A DNA stretch of 63,944 nt, the filler included, from Octopus bimaculoides (Eukaryota), in assembly GCF_001194135.2 (NCBI RefSeq). It is 7 parts of 7 records of this genome, joined end to end, with 100 filler letters (N's around TTAATTAATTAA, not from the genome) between each part and the next. Parts side by side here need not be neighbours in the genome. Positions count along the whole stretch, not along the records: positions 29,191 to 44,977 come from NC_068997.1; positions 45,078 to 47,052 come from NC_068990.1; positions 47,153 to 52,217 come from NC_068998.1; 4 more parts are not named here. One strand, written 5' to 3'. Each line of letters opens with the position of its first letter. The stretch's first letter is position 1. The notes under the pieces are model-generated. The model did no database searches and had not been told where the DNA came from. It worked only from the letters and a program-made list of their open reading frames with translations. Shown here piece after piece: positions 35,995 to 48,050 of the stretch. The position numbers were made by a program, and so were the translations under genes.

Positions 35995-37479
35995 CATATA
36001 TACGACGGGCTTCTTTCAGTTTCGTCTACCAAATACACTCACGAGGCTTTGGTCAGCCCGAGGCTATAATAGAAGATACTTGCCCAAGGTGCCACGCAGT
36101 GGGACTGAACCCAGAACCATGTGGTTGGTAAGCAAGCTACTTACCACACAGCCACTCCTACGCCTATAATGTATTTTTTTTTTGTATATAATTTAGTAGA
36201 AGGAAGAAATACAGTGTTCATGACCTTTTTCAGAGCCTTTGGGATTAGTAGGACTTCTTGATCAGCACAATTTGGTTGTGATGATGAGCTAAAACAACAG
36301 CAGATAAATGCCATATGAAATATATTGTTTTTAATATAGGCACATGGTTCAAAATTTGGAGGAAAGGATTAGCTGATAGCATCGAACCCCACCCCACCCC
36401 AGTACTTGACCTTGGTAGAATTTGAGCTCCAAATGTAAAGAATCAGATGAAATATGGCAAAGCATTTTTCTTATGCTCTAACGACTCTGCCAGCTCATCA
36501 CCTTAATGCCTTATGGAATATAAAAGTGTATCACAATTAGTTGAGACTGAAGGGTATCAATTTATCTGGTTAAATGGTCAAGAGTTTGTATTCATAAAAG
36601 AAACACCCCTTTCATTGATCCAGTTAAATCTGTAAATAAGTTGTTGTTTTGACCCAGATCATCTTTGATTGAGCAAACTTATCAATGACTATAGGCATTC
36701 CGGCCATGACCACTCCATCTTTGTAGGTGTATATGTATAAAGCTACATTATTCAATTTGGTTTTATCCTCCCTAAGAAATTGATAAGGTGTTCTTGGGGA
36801 GGGGGGGTTCTAGGCTGTTATTTCTGGTAAACCAAGCAAATGTGTAGAGGTTTCCTCATTGATTTGTCAGTAAATAGATACCATATGGCAGTACAGCTCA
36901 CCATTAAAAGTCTTTGAGAGAAGCTCAATGTCATTGCTGATTGTTTACTTACTCTGCAATGTTGACATAGAACTTGCTGTGTTCCAGTATAGAAAGGAGT
37001 ACATCCTGTCCATAATCTTCTTGTTGCTACATTAAAATCACTGCTAGAGAAGGTGGAAGAGAGATAAATGAGAGTAAGAAAGGGAGAGAATTTATTAGAA
37101 GAGAGAGAGAGAAAGGATGGGGACAGAGAAGAGATCACTTGGCCTAGGGAATAAGATTGTTACTATCCATAGTTTAGAAATAAAGGCAACAGTTCAAATC
37201 CCATGTGGTACTATGTACACGTTTAAGATGAAGGCTTCTGGTGGTGGTCAGAGATCAAATCAACTGAAGTCAACCTTTCTTATTTCTGTCTTTTTCTCTG
37301 GTAGCCTGAGTTGAATGAAATTTATTGAGGTAACATTCTGCAGCTATATACTTTTCATGTCGCCAACCCTTATTTTTTTGATTTTTTTTCAAGGAAAACA
37401 CTATTTATTGCACTGGTTTTAGGTTTTTGAACTGGACCAAGATATGGGGTGCATTGCTGTACTCAAGAAGACCCGCCCA

Positions 37480-37735
37480 CCACAACAGAATTGAGATCTT
37501 AAAACCAAGGTGCCATGTAAAAAGCATTTGTGATGGTACCACATAAAAAGTACCCAGTACATTCTGTAAAGTGGTTGGTGGTAGGAATGGCACACAGCCA
37601 TAGAAACCGAGCCAAAACATACCATGGAATCTGGTGCAGCCTCCTTGCTTGCCAGTTCCTCTAAAGCTGTTCAGCCCATACAAGCATGTAGAACAGACGT
37701 TAACTGTTGTTGATGATGATGATGATGATGATGTA
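37480..37735 (+). mobile_element. Old RTE 3'UTR copy with (GAT)n tail
   Basis: Diverged match to 39250-39448. Confidence 0.65.
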
Positions 37736-38019
37736 CTGTTGGATTATCTGCTATGGTTTAAGGAGGATATAAGCAAATATCACCACAGCCTCAGTAGTAT
37801 ATATGCAAAGATATACAAACACTCATCCATACACACAAATATATGTGTATGTGTGTGTGCATTACCTTATTTGGAAACAAGTGAAGATTTGCAACAGGAA
37901 GAGTATCTGGATGTAGAATATCAATCTCAATGAATTCCTTAGGTGCACTTAAGGATGGAAAAGTAGATATTAAAACGGTGATGATATTGATGATGACAAC
38001 GATGACAATAGAATTCATC

Positions 38020-38172
38020 ATCATCATCATCATCATCATCGTTTAACGTCCGCTTTCCATGCTAGCATGGGTTGGACGATTTGACTGAGGACTGGTGCAA
38101 CCGGATTGCTACACCAGGCTCCAATCTAATTTGGCAGAGTTTCTACAGCTGGATGCCCTTCCTAACGCCAAT
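38020..38172 (-). mobile_element. RTE 3' terminus fragment
   Basis: (cat)n-cgtttaacgtccgctttccatgctagcatgggttggacg is the reverse complement of the 43880-43965 end. Confidence 0.85.
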
Positions 38173-38208
38173 AATTTTTTCGTTTTTTTCTTATATGGTG
38201 AAGACTAA

Positions 38209-38428
38209 GCCTTTAGCATTTAAACCAGCCATATCCAGCCAAAATATTCTACCTATCTTATGTTCAAATTGGCCAGATCCAGCCTCTCACACCTTCCTGA
38301 CAATGTTATCCCTAAAATAAACAATCACATCACTGAAATCTCAAAGCCACAAGATAATGCATGATTAATTCAAAGCAATGTGAATAAATAAGCATTTCAT
38401 AGTACAGAATAATCTGAATGCTAAAGGA
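38209..38428. mobile_element. piggyBac-like MITE
   Basis: TIR cctttagcatt / aatgctaaagg, flanked by (c)TAA and TTAA. Confidence 0.7.
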
Positions 38429-38579
38429 TTAATGCAATATATACATATGGGTCCCAGGCAAAATTTTATAAGGGCTCTGCAATAAACCAAGTTTCACAAT
38501 CACTATTTTAGACTACTACATTATCCACAGTTTTTTTTTGTTATTGTTTTGCTCTTCTTCAAAATGGCAAAATGATCCA

Positions 38580-39448
38580 CCAGTTGTGCATACACGACAG
38601 AGTGTAAGCGCCCTGAGAGCAATGTTGGACATAAGAAGCATTAAATGTGGCATGCAAGAGAGATGTCTGTGCTGGTATGGTCATGTGTTGTGTATGGATG
38701 AGGAGAGCTGTATGAAGAAGTGCCACTCCCAAACAGTGGAAGGAACCTGTGGTAGGGGAGACCCAGGAAGACATGGGATGAGGTGGTGAAGCATGACCTT
38801 TGAACGTTGGGCTCACAGAGGCAATGTCAAAATTTCGAGACCTCTGGAAATATGCTGTGACTGAGAAGACCCGGCAAATAAAGTGAGATTATACTTGTAG
38901 CCTACGCCAGTGTCACATAACCAGCCCACTGAAAAAGTATCTTTAGATCGAGGGCGACATGCCGTGCTTGAGGAAACCTACTGAGTCAAGGACATCAAAA
39001 TCGAATCACACCACAATCAACTGGAAATTGTAGTTGTGGCTGATGCTAGCGCTGCCTGTCTGGTTCCCCATGCCGGTAGCACGTAAAAAGCACCATCCAA
39101 ATGTGGTCGATGCAAGCCCCCTCGCCCCGACTGGCTCCTGTGCCAGTGGCACATAAAAAACACTATGCCAGCACTGCCTTGATTTGCCCCCGTGCTGGTG
39201 GCACATAAAAGCACCATCCAAACGTGGTCGGTGCCAGCCCCCTCTGGCCCCTGTGCCGGTGGCATGTATAAAGCACCCACTACACTCTCAAAGTGGTTGG
39301 TGTTAGGAAGGGCATCCAGCTGTAGAAACACTGCCAGATCAGACTGGAGCCTGGTGCAGCCTCCTGGCTTCCCAGACCCCCAGTTGAACCGTCCAACCCA
39401 TGCCAGCGTGGAAAATAGTTGGTAAACGATGATGATGATGATGATGAT
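38580..39448 (+). mobile_element. 5'-truncated RTE LINE: ORF C-terminus, 3'UTR with ~55-60-bp internal repeats, (GAT)n tail
   Basis: LCWYGHVLCMDEESCMKKC..VEGTCGRG.P.KTWDEVVKHDL. Shorter 3' copies at 39950-40043, 40248-40305 and 43600-43965; reverse repeat units at 45370-45550. Confidence 0.9.
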
Positions 39449-39854
39449 CTGCCGAAGATATAGCTGCTGTTTCTAGCAAATCTAGTGACTACATAAAATC
39501 CACTCCGTTAGTTTGTCAGTAACTGTCAATAAAGCAGGTATAGAAATATCTTCACTTGGACAGGCTATATGCTTATTTTCCTTTTGTTTACTTCAAATGG
39601 TAAACTTACTCTGTTCACCCTTCTTACCTTAGGCCTTTTCTACTCCATTCTTTTTTTCCTTTTTCTCTTTCCCACTTCCATCCCCACAACCCCACTGTCC
39701 TTCCATTTCAATTTCTCATTCCACACACATTTTCTTCTTCATTGACTAAAAAATATACATTCACTTCATTACTAGGATATCCACATGATGGAGCTTATAA
39801 ACTATCAAGGGAACAACAGCAAGGGATTAACTCATTCACACAGACATTTATGTA

Positions 39855-39897
<43 letters not shown>

Positions 39898-40057
39898 ATG
39901 TTTTACTTCAGAATGTGTGTGTATTCTATAGAAATATATTTTCTTATAAATCTGGTGTTGCCATCCGGTTTCACCAGTCCTCAGTCAAATCGTCCAACCC
40001 ATGCTAGCATGGAAAGCGGACGTTAAACGATGATGATGATGATTTAAGAAAATATAA

Positions 40058-40212
40058 GGATGGCTGTGTGGTAAGAAGCTTGCTTCCAATCACATGGTTG
40101 CAGGTTCAGTCCCACTGCATGGCACCTTGGGCAAGTGTCTTCTATAGCTTCGGGCCAACCAAGGCCTTGTGAGTGGATTTGAATTTGGTAGATGGAAACT
40201 GAAAGAAGTTTG

Positions 40213-40250
<38 letters not shown>

Positions 40251-40540
40251 CAACCCATGCTAGCATGGAAAGCAGACGTTAAACGATGATGATGATGATG
40301 ATGATATATACGTTTGTATTTATGTGTGTGTGACTTTGTGTTTGTCCCCTACCACCACTTGACAACCAGTGTTGGTGTGTTTACATCCCCAGAACAAAGC
40401 AGTTCAGCAAAAGAAACTGAGAGAATGAGTACCAGGTATAAAAAATAAAAAAAAGTATTGGTGTCAATTCATTCAACTAAAATTCCTCAAGGCAGTGCCC
40501 CAGCATGACCACAGTCTAATCACTGAAACAAATAAAAGAT
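40058..40540 (+). mobile_element. SINE family A with an RTE tail inserted in its (TA)n linker
   Basis: A head and core, then (TA)n, then gtccaacccatgctagcatggaaagc...(gat)n, then the A tail. Confidence 0.85.
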
Positions 40541-40775
40541 GCATATATGAAAGGGTTGAAAATTCTATAGATTTTACCATATTCCAAAAGAATGCTATTG
40601 AAAGATGTTGAGTATGAATAAAGAGGTGCAAAGAAGAAACTGATGATTTCAAAGGCTAAGATCAGAATGTTCCCATGTGTTCTGCAACAAGGAAGAGAAG
40701 CTTTGGTCATCAGCAGTATGGTCTGATGAAAGTAAATTCTGTCAATATTTTTTAATTCAAAGTAGTTAATTCAAA

Positions 40776-41225
40776 GGAGTCGCTGTGTGGTAAGTAGCTT
40801 GCTTACCAACCACATGGTTCCAGGTTCATTCCCACTGTGTGGCACCTTGGGCAAGTGTCTTCTACTANNNNNNNNNNCCACTGTGTGGCACCTTGGGCAA
40901 GTGTCTTCTACTATAGCCTCGGGCCGACCAAAGCCTTGTGAGTGGATTTGGTAGACGGACTCTGAAAGAAACCCGTCGTATGTATGTATATGTATATATG
41001 TATGTATGTGTGTGTATATGTTTGTGTGTCTGTGTTTCTCCCCCCAACATTGCTTGACAACCGATGCTGGTGTGTTTACGTCCCCGTAACTTAGCAGTTC
41101 AGCAAAAGAGACCGATAGAATAAGTACTAGGCATCCAAAGAATAAGTCCTGGGGTCGATTTGCTCGACTAAAGGCGGTGCTCCAGCATGGCCACAGTCAA
41201 ATGACTGAAACATGTAAAAGAATAA
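40776..41225 (+). mobile_element. SINE family A (short duplication across a 10-N gap)
   Basis: Collinear with 57343-57755. Confidence 0.9.
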
Positions 41226-41279
41226 TAGAGTATATATGAGATGCCAAAGGTAGTAAACAAAAACCTTGTAATAACTATC

Positions 41280-41640
41280 TTTTTACTTGTTTCAGCCATT
41301 TGATTGTGGCCATGCTGGGGCACCACCTTGAAGAATTTTTAGGCAAAGGAATCAACCCTATTACTTTTTTTAAGTCCGGCATTTACTGAACCACTAAATT
41401 ATTGGGACAGAGATACACCAATACCAGTTGCCAAGCAATGTTTGGGGAGAAACACACAAATACACACACACACACACACACACACACAATGGTCTTCCTT
41501 CAGTTTCTGATTACGAAATCCTTGGTCAGCCTGAGACTAGAGTAGAGGACACTTGTTCAAGGTGCAACACAGTGGGACTCAACCTGGAACTATGTGGTTG
41601 GGAAGCAAACTTCTTATGACACAGCCACTCCTGTGCCCAT
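41280..41640 (-). mobile_element. Diverged SINE family A
   Basis: Tail ttgtttcagccatttgattgtggccatgctgggg and head cacagccactcctgtgcc. Confidence 0.75.
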
Positions 41641-41827
41641 AGGAATTTTAAATGAAGAGAGGAGGTAATTTTAATAAATTAATATCACTTAATGAATTAC
41701 AATGTCAGGAGAAAAAAAAACAATCAAATTTTGTTTTGAAAGCAGGACAACTATGTACATGTTACTGCCTGAATAGACATCATCAGCACAGCATTGTCTA
41801 AATCTGGTTTCAAGGGTGGTAAAGTAT

Positions 41828-41888
<61 letters not shown>

Positions 41889-42908
41889 CAGATACATGAT
41901 TACATATATGTAAATAGATCTCACTCAGTTATGATAATGTGATATTTCAGTGGCTCAATCAACTTAACCAATTACTCAATCTATTAGCTGAATTATCATA
42001 TAAGTGGCTGAGTAACCCACAGTTATTTGTATTTTTAACAAAATCTTCAGGCAGAATCAGAATAGAGTAACAATGGTAGCATTTTAATTTACATGTAAAG
42101 TCCATCCAATGGGCTTCCACATAGTTTCCACTCTACATAATTTCCCTAACAAGGCCTTGAACCTTGGCAACTGGTATGTAGCGGCATTGAACCTAGAACA
42201 TCATGGTTGCAAAATAAGCTTCTTAAACACAAACCTAAACACACATACATGATTATATGTGCAACACACACAAACACGTAATGTGTGTGTGTGTGTGCCC
42301 GTACATATTATATTACTAAATGATTGTACTTAAGGTATTGGTTAGTCGAGTAGAAACACAAAAGGTGTGCTCACAGGAGGCTTAATGAGCCAAGGTTATG
42401 CGTAGTAGCAGCAGCAGTTGGAGGGGGCAGTGGGTGTGGTGGTATAATCATATTAATAGCAGAAAACACATTTCTCCTGAACATACATCAACACAAATAT
42501 TGTACAACATAGCTTACATATGTACGTATAAAGCTAAAACACAGAGCTAACACACACACACACACATGCACACATGCACACATACACACACACAGACAAA
42601 GGTTTGCCAAGGTATGTATGATTGGACATTGAGATATTTGGATCATTATAAAGTTACATAGTAAAGATGTATTGCATTACTCAGCTATTAATGTGAGTGT
42701 ATGTGTGTGTGTGTGTCTGTCTGTATCAGGCATGGCTGTATGGTTAAAAAGCTTACTTCAAAACCACATTGCGCTTGTTCGATGCCACTGTATGATGTAC
42801 TGTGTAAGTGTCTTTCACTATAGCTTTGAGTTGACCACTGAGATTGAAAACTCGTGTGTGCATGTGTCTCTTTCTCTTTTGCCAGTATATCAGTGAAAGA
42901 TATGAATA

Positions 42909-43298
42909 GTGGAGGTGCAAAGGCCCAGTGGTTAAGGCAGCGAACTTGCAGTCACAGGATCGCGGTTTCGATTCACAGACCAAGCGTTGTGAGTGTTTAT
43001 TGAGCGAAAACACCTAAAAAGCTCCACGAGGCTCCGGCAGGGGATGGTGGCGAACCCTGCTGTACTCTTCCACCACAACTTTCTCTATCTCTTACTTCCT
43101 GTTTCTGTTGTGCCTGTAATTCAAAGGGTCAGCCTTGTCACACTGTGTCACGCTGAATATCCCCGAGAACTACGTTAAGGGTACACGTGTCTGTGGAGTG
43201 CTCAGCCACTTGCACGTTAATTTCACGAGCAGGCTGTTCCGTTGATCGGATCAACTGGAACCCTCGACGTCGTAAGCGACGGAGTGCCAACAACAACA
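42909..43298 (+). mobile_element. SINE family C, full length, (CAA)n tail
   Basis: tRNA-like head with A and B boxes, body, 3' domain ...ttcacgagcaggctgttccgttgatcggatcaactggaaccctcg...ggagtgccaacaacaac. Confidence 0.9.
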
Positions 43299-44808
43299 GT
43301 GAAAGATATGAATAATAATGAGAAAACGAGGAAAACTTGTATTTTAAGAATAAAGTCCCTTGAGATATTTGTTTTGCACTGAATTAGACATTCCCTTGTT
43401 GTCTCTATTGTCAGAAATGCAGTGAACAATACTATTCTTGCAGGTATAGCTTTATGTACTTCATAATCCAGTGTTCCAAAAGAGAATTATTTTATGCTCT
43501 CTCTCTTATGTTCATTAATTATTATGACAACATACAAATCTTGCTGGTAAGAATGAAGTTTCTAAAATTGATAGAATAATTTTTGGGGGTAAGTGAAAGC
43601 GAAATCGTGATGGCACTTGTGCCCAATGTCGCTTTCCTGGCACTTGTGCCCGTGGCACATGTAAAGACATTCGAATGAGATCGTTGCCAGTGCCGCTGGA
43701 CTGGCTCCTGTGCAGGTGGCAGGTAAAATACACCATTTTGAGCATGGCCATTGCCAGTACCGCCTGACTGACCTTCGTGCCGGTGGCATGTAAAAGACCC
43801 ACTACACTCTCTGAGTGGTTGGCGTTAGGAAGGGCATCCAGCTGTAGAAATTCTGCCAAATCAGATTGGAGCCTGGTGTAGCCATCTGGTTCACCAGACC
43901 TCAGTCAAATCGTCCAACCCATGCTAGCATGGAAAGCGGACGCTAAACGATGATGATGATGATGAATTTGAAGGATTGCTTTGATCCATTGGTAGAACGC
44001 TTGTTATGTTAACAGGGGAGGTGGGTTCAAGTTACACAGGCAACCTTCGACACTTTTATATCCAAAAGGGTTTTGCAACCCAATATTTACATGCTATTAT
44101 TTATAGCTTCATGTGCTTCGAGATGTAATGTTCCAATATATATACATGGTGCACTCAGAAACCTTGAGGTCCTTTGCAACGACTGTGATTAACTTTCCAG
44201 GTTTTTTATCGATTATTTCTTGGATTTTTGTACTTGCACAAAGTTATGTGTTTCGATGGTATAAGAACCCTGTGCCTGTATTTTGCATTTAGGAGCTGAT
44301 ATAGGATCACTGGCAGCAGCTACTAGCTCCTTTCGAACTTCGTCATTGAAGGATTGGGCAACTTTCAGCAAGCTATCTCTGTATCACTATGCTACACTTT
44401 TGAGGCAGTGATTACAGCATGCCTTTTCATTTGCTAAGTCAGTCTGATTTCTGACATTATTTCTCTGAAAAGTAAGATAAAAAAAAAGTAAGAGTCAGAA
44501 GGAAGTTAGAGCTCTTGAAAGAGGTGTCTTCAAAAAACTGATGCACCATATATATATAACCAAGTTTTTTTCATCATCATCATTGCTGTTTTAACATCCA
44601 CATTTCCATACATGCATGGGTTGGACAGAGTTTGGTGAGTCAAATGTTTTATAGCCAAATGCCCTTCTTCTCACTATATATCTACTTTGCGTTCCACCAT
44701 TAAAAACAATTTATTTCATATCTCCTGAAGATTCTAAATTCAAATGATGTAAACAACATAATTCTTGCTGATAAGAATGAAGCTTCTAAAATGGAAGGAG
44801 AAAATCAT

Positions 44809-44880
44809 TATACTTTGGTATAATGGTAAGAATGTCTCCTATGTTCACAGAAGATATGGGTTCAAGTCCCATGAGCAGCC
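44809..44880 (+). pseudogene. tRNA-like sequence (possible Glu-TTC anticodon loop); second diverged copy at 43973-44045
   Basis: A-box-like tggtataatggtaag, perfect T arm atggg-ttcaagt-cccat, loop tgttcac. The acceptor and anticodon stems are imperfect. Confidence 0.5.
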
Positions 44881-46884
44881 TTTGTCTCTTCCATTCAAAA
44901 GGTCTTTTAATCAAATATTCCATATATTATTTAGCTTCATTACATCTCCTAAAGTTTATATATATATATATATATATNNNNNNNNNNNNNNNNNNNNNNN
45001 NNNNNNNNNNNNNNNNNNNNNTTAATTAATTAANNNNNNNNNNNNNNNNNNNNNNNNNNNNNNNNNNNNNNNNNNNNTTAAAGAAGACCCCTATAAACAA
45101 GGGTTACCGTACCCGGATAGCCCCTTTCCTAAATGTGAACACACATAGCACACAAACTTCACACAACGAAGAAATATGCCTCGATGATGTTCTACCTCAA
45201 CATACAAGTAGAAGAACACCATGCCCAGAACAAAAACAAACAAATAATGCAAAATAATTAACCATGAAAAAATTTACCGAAAAGACAAATCCAAGGGAGT
45301 CAAGCTTTAAAAGAATACACTCTAGAGTAACGTCCTTGATTCATTGACTCATTGTTTTATCTACGCGAATTTACGGTGCTTTTTACGTGCTACCGTCAAG
45401 GAAGCAAGTCAAAGTGGCACTGGCGTCGGCCACGTTCGGAAGATGCTTTTTACGTGCTACTGGCACGGATGCCAGTCAAAGCCGCACAGGTATGGGCAAG
45501 AATAGGTTGCAGCATTTTACGTGCTACCGGCACGGAAGCCTGTCAAAGCCCCTCCGTTTGCCGCTCCCGGATCCCACAAAAAATGCATCTTGCCTAGAAC
45601 AGACCTCTTTAAAAGATGCCACTCTGGGCAAACCACCCCTACAGCCCTACGCTAGCTATGCTAGTGACTCTGCCGTACATGTTATGTTCCATTGCACCAT
45701 TACTATTAGCAAACATTGGCATCGGATTGGCATGCAACAGAATTTCTTGTGTAGTCTTTCCTTTTCTCTACATTCTTGTCCGAATCTCATCTCAGGACTG
45801 CTAAGCCATTCGTTGTTTATCGATAAATTGTCATCACGACAATCACCCGACACTCCTACTACGAGGGGAGGACAAAAGGAATGGAGTATTGCCCAAGTTA
45901 TTCTGTGCTTGTTTATCATACATCGCTGTCTACAAAGAGGAAAGGTACCAACCGTCTTATATGAATATCTAGTCCTATATTCAGTTTAAATGTTCAAATT
46001 CCACCAACAAAGATTTAGTTATATGAAAGGCTTCATCAAGAAGACGGAAGAATTTATTTAAAGTCATGCGTTGCAGGGTACACGTCACCGAGAAGGGATT
46101 CCATGCAAAAATTTGCAAGTAAAAAAATTGGAAACTAAAAGATGTCTTCTTTGAATTTAATCTCCTCTATTTGATTACAAAACTTAGAGATTACGACATT
46201 TTGCTGAAAGTCACCACGTAACCATCCTTTACGAAAAAGGGGTCTTCATAAATATTTATTGGTAGAACCATAAGAGGTTTTATGTGAATAAGAATTCTGA
46301 ATAGAATTTCGAAAACCGAACAAAATATATAAAGTTTAGTGCAGTTTATGTGTGAGAATCTGAGAAGATAGGGAACTGAAGACGAAAAATCATCTTTGTT
46401 TTGTAGCAGAACGTTAATCTGGAAATAATATAAATTCCAGGAATAAAAGTTGGTACGGAAAGTGAAACGGAAGATGCTATGAGAAGTTCCATTCAACCGA
46501 TTAAATGTGTGTGAGGTAAAAAACAAAAAAAACAAACAAAAAACAAATATGGAATACCAATTAAAAAGAAAAAGAAAAGGGGAGAAGAAAACAAAACGAA
46601 AAATAAAAACGAATGAATACAGTAAAGTTATATAAAGAAAATATGCAGAAATGCACGAAATCAAGCACAAATAAAATAAAATACATAAACAAATATAACA
46701 AACAAAAACAATAAGAATAATGCATGAAGATAAGATGCACAACTGGGACATCACTTGGTCCAATCACAAGGTCAAGCTCTAGAATTTATCCTTCCTTGTC
46801 AGTGAAAGCTATACCGTTTGCAAATGCACACATTCCTTACCTGTTTATCAATATTAAGATCTCAGTAACAATGACGCCATTGTG

Positions 46885-46919
<35 letters not shown>

Positions 46920-47400
46920 TTGTGTGTGTGTGTGTTTTTCTGTTTGCTTGCAACATGATACTCGGCATGGTGGACACATTGTGATTATGATCTCCATTCC
47001 CGCTTGTTTTTGTATCCCATATTCATTTATACGCACACACACTCAAACATATNNNNNNNNNNNNNNNNNNNNNNNNNNNNNNNNNNNNNNNNNNNNTTAA
47101 TTAATTAANNNNNNNNNNNNNNNNNNNNNNNNNNNNNNNNNNNNNNNNNNNNTATATATATATATCTGTCTATTTATCTATCTGTCTATAGTACTGTCGG
47201 TCTATCTTCTTTCGTATCCATCTATCTATCTATTTATCTTATGCATCATAGCTATTTGCCTATCTATCTATCTATCGATCGATCGATTTGTCTGTCTATA
47301 TATCTACCTGTTTTTCTGTCAATCTATCTATCAATCTACCTATCTATTGATCTATCTCTCTATCTACTTACCTTTTTTGGGAACTCTAGATTTTTTTTAG

Positions 47401-47640
47401 TAAATGCTTAAAGGAGAATCTGGATAAACTGAGATTTTCAGAAAGAGAAATCGACCGGCTGATTCGTACATTACAAGTGCAATCTGTGAGTGGAACAGTA
47501 AAAATATGCAAGACTGTTCTCAAGTTCCAAATGTGAATTTGTCTGTGTTAACTACATCCCAAAGATGGAGCCTTGTATCTTTGTTGGAAACCAGCTCCCT
47601 CCTCAGTGGAAGATTTATAATCATTAAAAAATAGAAGAGA
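47401..47640 (+). mobile_element. R4/Dong-like LINE extreme 3' end (ORF C-terminus plus UTR)
   Basis: KCLKENLDKLRFSEREIDRLIRTLQVQSVSGTVKICKTVLKFQM* followed by the UTR. Confidence 0.7.
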
Positions 47641-47644
47641 CATA

Positions 47645-48050
47645 GAACCCCGAAGACAAAGAAATAAGAACCCACAATATGGTAGATGCCATAGCCTCTC
47701 ATAATAAAAAGGAGTACTGGTGGAAAGTCCCAGTGAAGACCTCAATAAGATGAAAGCCCAAGAGAGCTGAAATAATGATTTGGAATAGAGAAGAGAATCT
47801 TTGTACAGTTGAGAAAATTAGCTACCCGGTAGATCTTTATATAAAGCTGAAGATCAGTGAAAAAGAGAATACCCACGCTGAACTATTGAGGAATCTGCCG
47901 TTACTCTATCCAGATTACAAGTACAGGTTTATACCTGTAATTATTGGGACCCAGGATATGTAACACACTGCCTAAATACCAATCTTGAGGAATTAGGCTT
48001 CTTAAAACCAGAAAAGAGAAAGCTAACTCAAAGACTACAAATCCAATTTT
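47645..48050 (+). mobile_element. R4/Dong-like LINE restriction-like endonuclease fragment
   Basis: EYWWKVPVKTS..KRAEIMIWNREENLCTVEKISYPVDLYIKLKISEKENTHAELL..YKYRFIPVIIG is a decayed PD-(D/E)xK RLE. Confidence 0.8.

Larger units (their letters stand above)
35503..36165 (-). mobile_element. SINE family A, full length, with an insertion in its internal (TA)n
   Basis: Head aggcgtaggagtggctgtgtggtaagtagc...ggttcagtccc, CORE-like ccttgggcaag, and tail gtcaaatgactgaaacaag. Interrupted at about 35760-35950. Confidence 0.9.

Noticed and set aside
39000-39290. Regularly spaced ~55-60-bp repeats superficially like a CRISPR array (also 43600-43800, 45370-45550)
   Set aside because: The whole units are diverged tandem repeats within an RTE 3'UTR. 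There are no unique spacers, no cas genes, and the context is eukaryotic.
45078-46250. gaagacccct...aagg..ggttac.gt motif in inverted orientation at 45078 and about 46215-46250 as TIRs or ribozymes
   Set aside because: The match is short and gapped, lacks the GAAA core, and the left copy abuts a gap.
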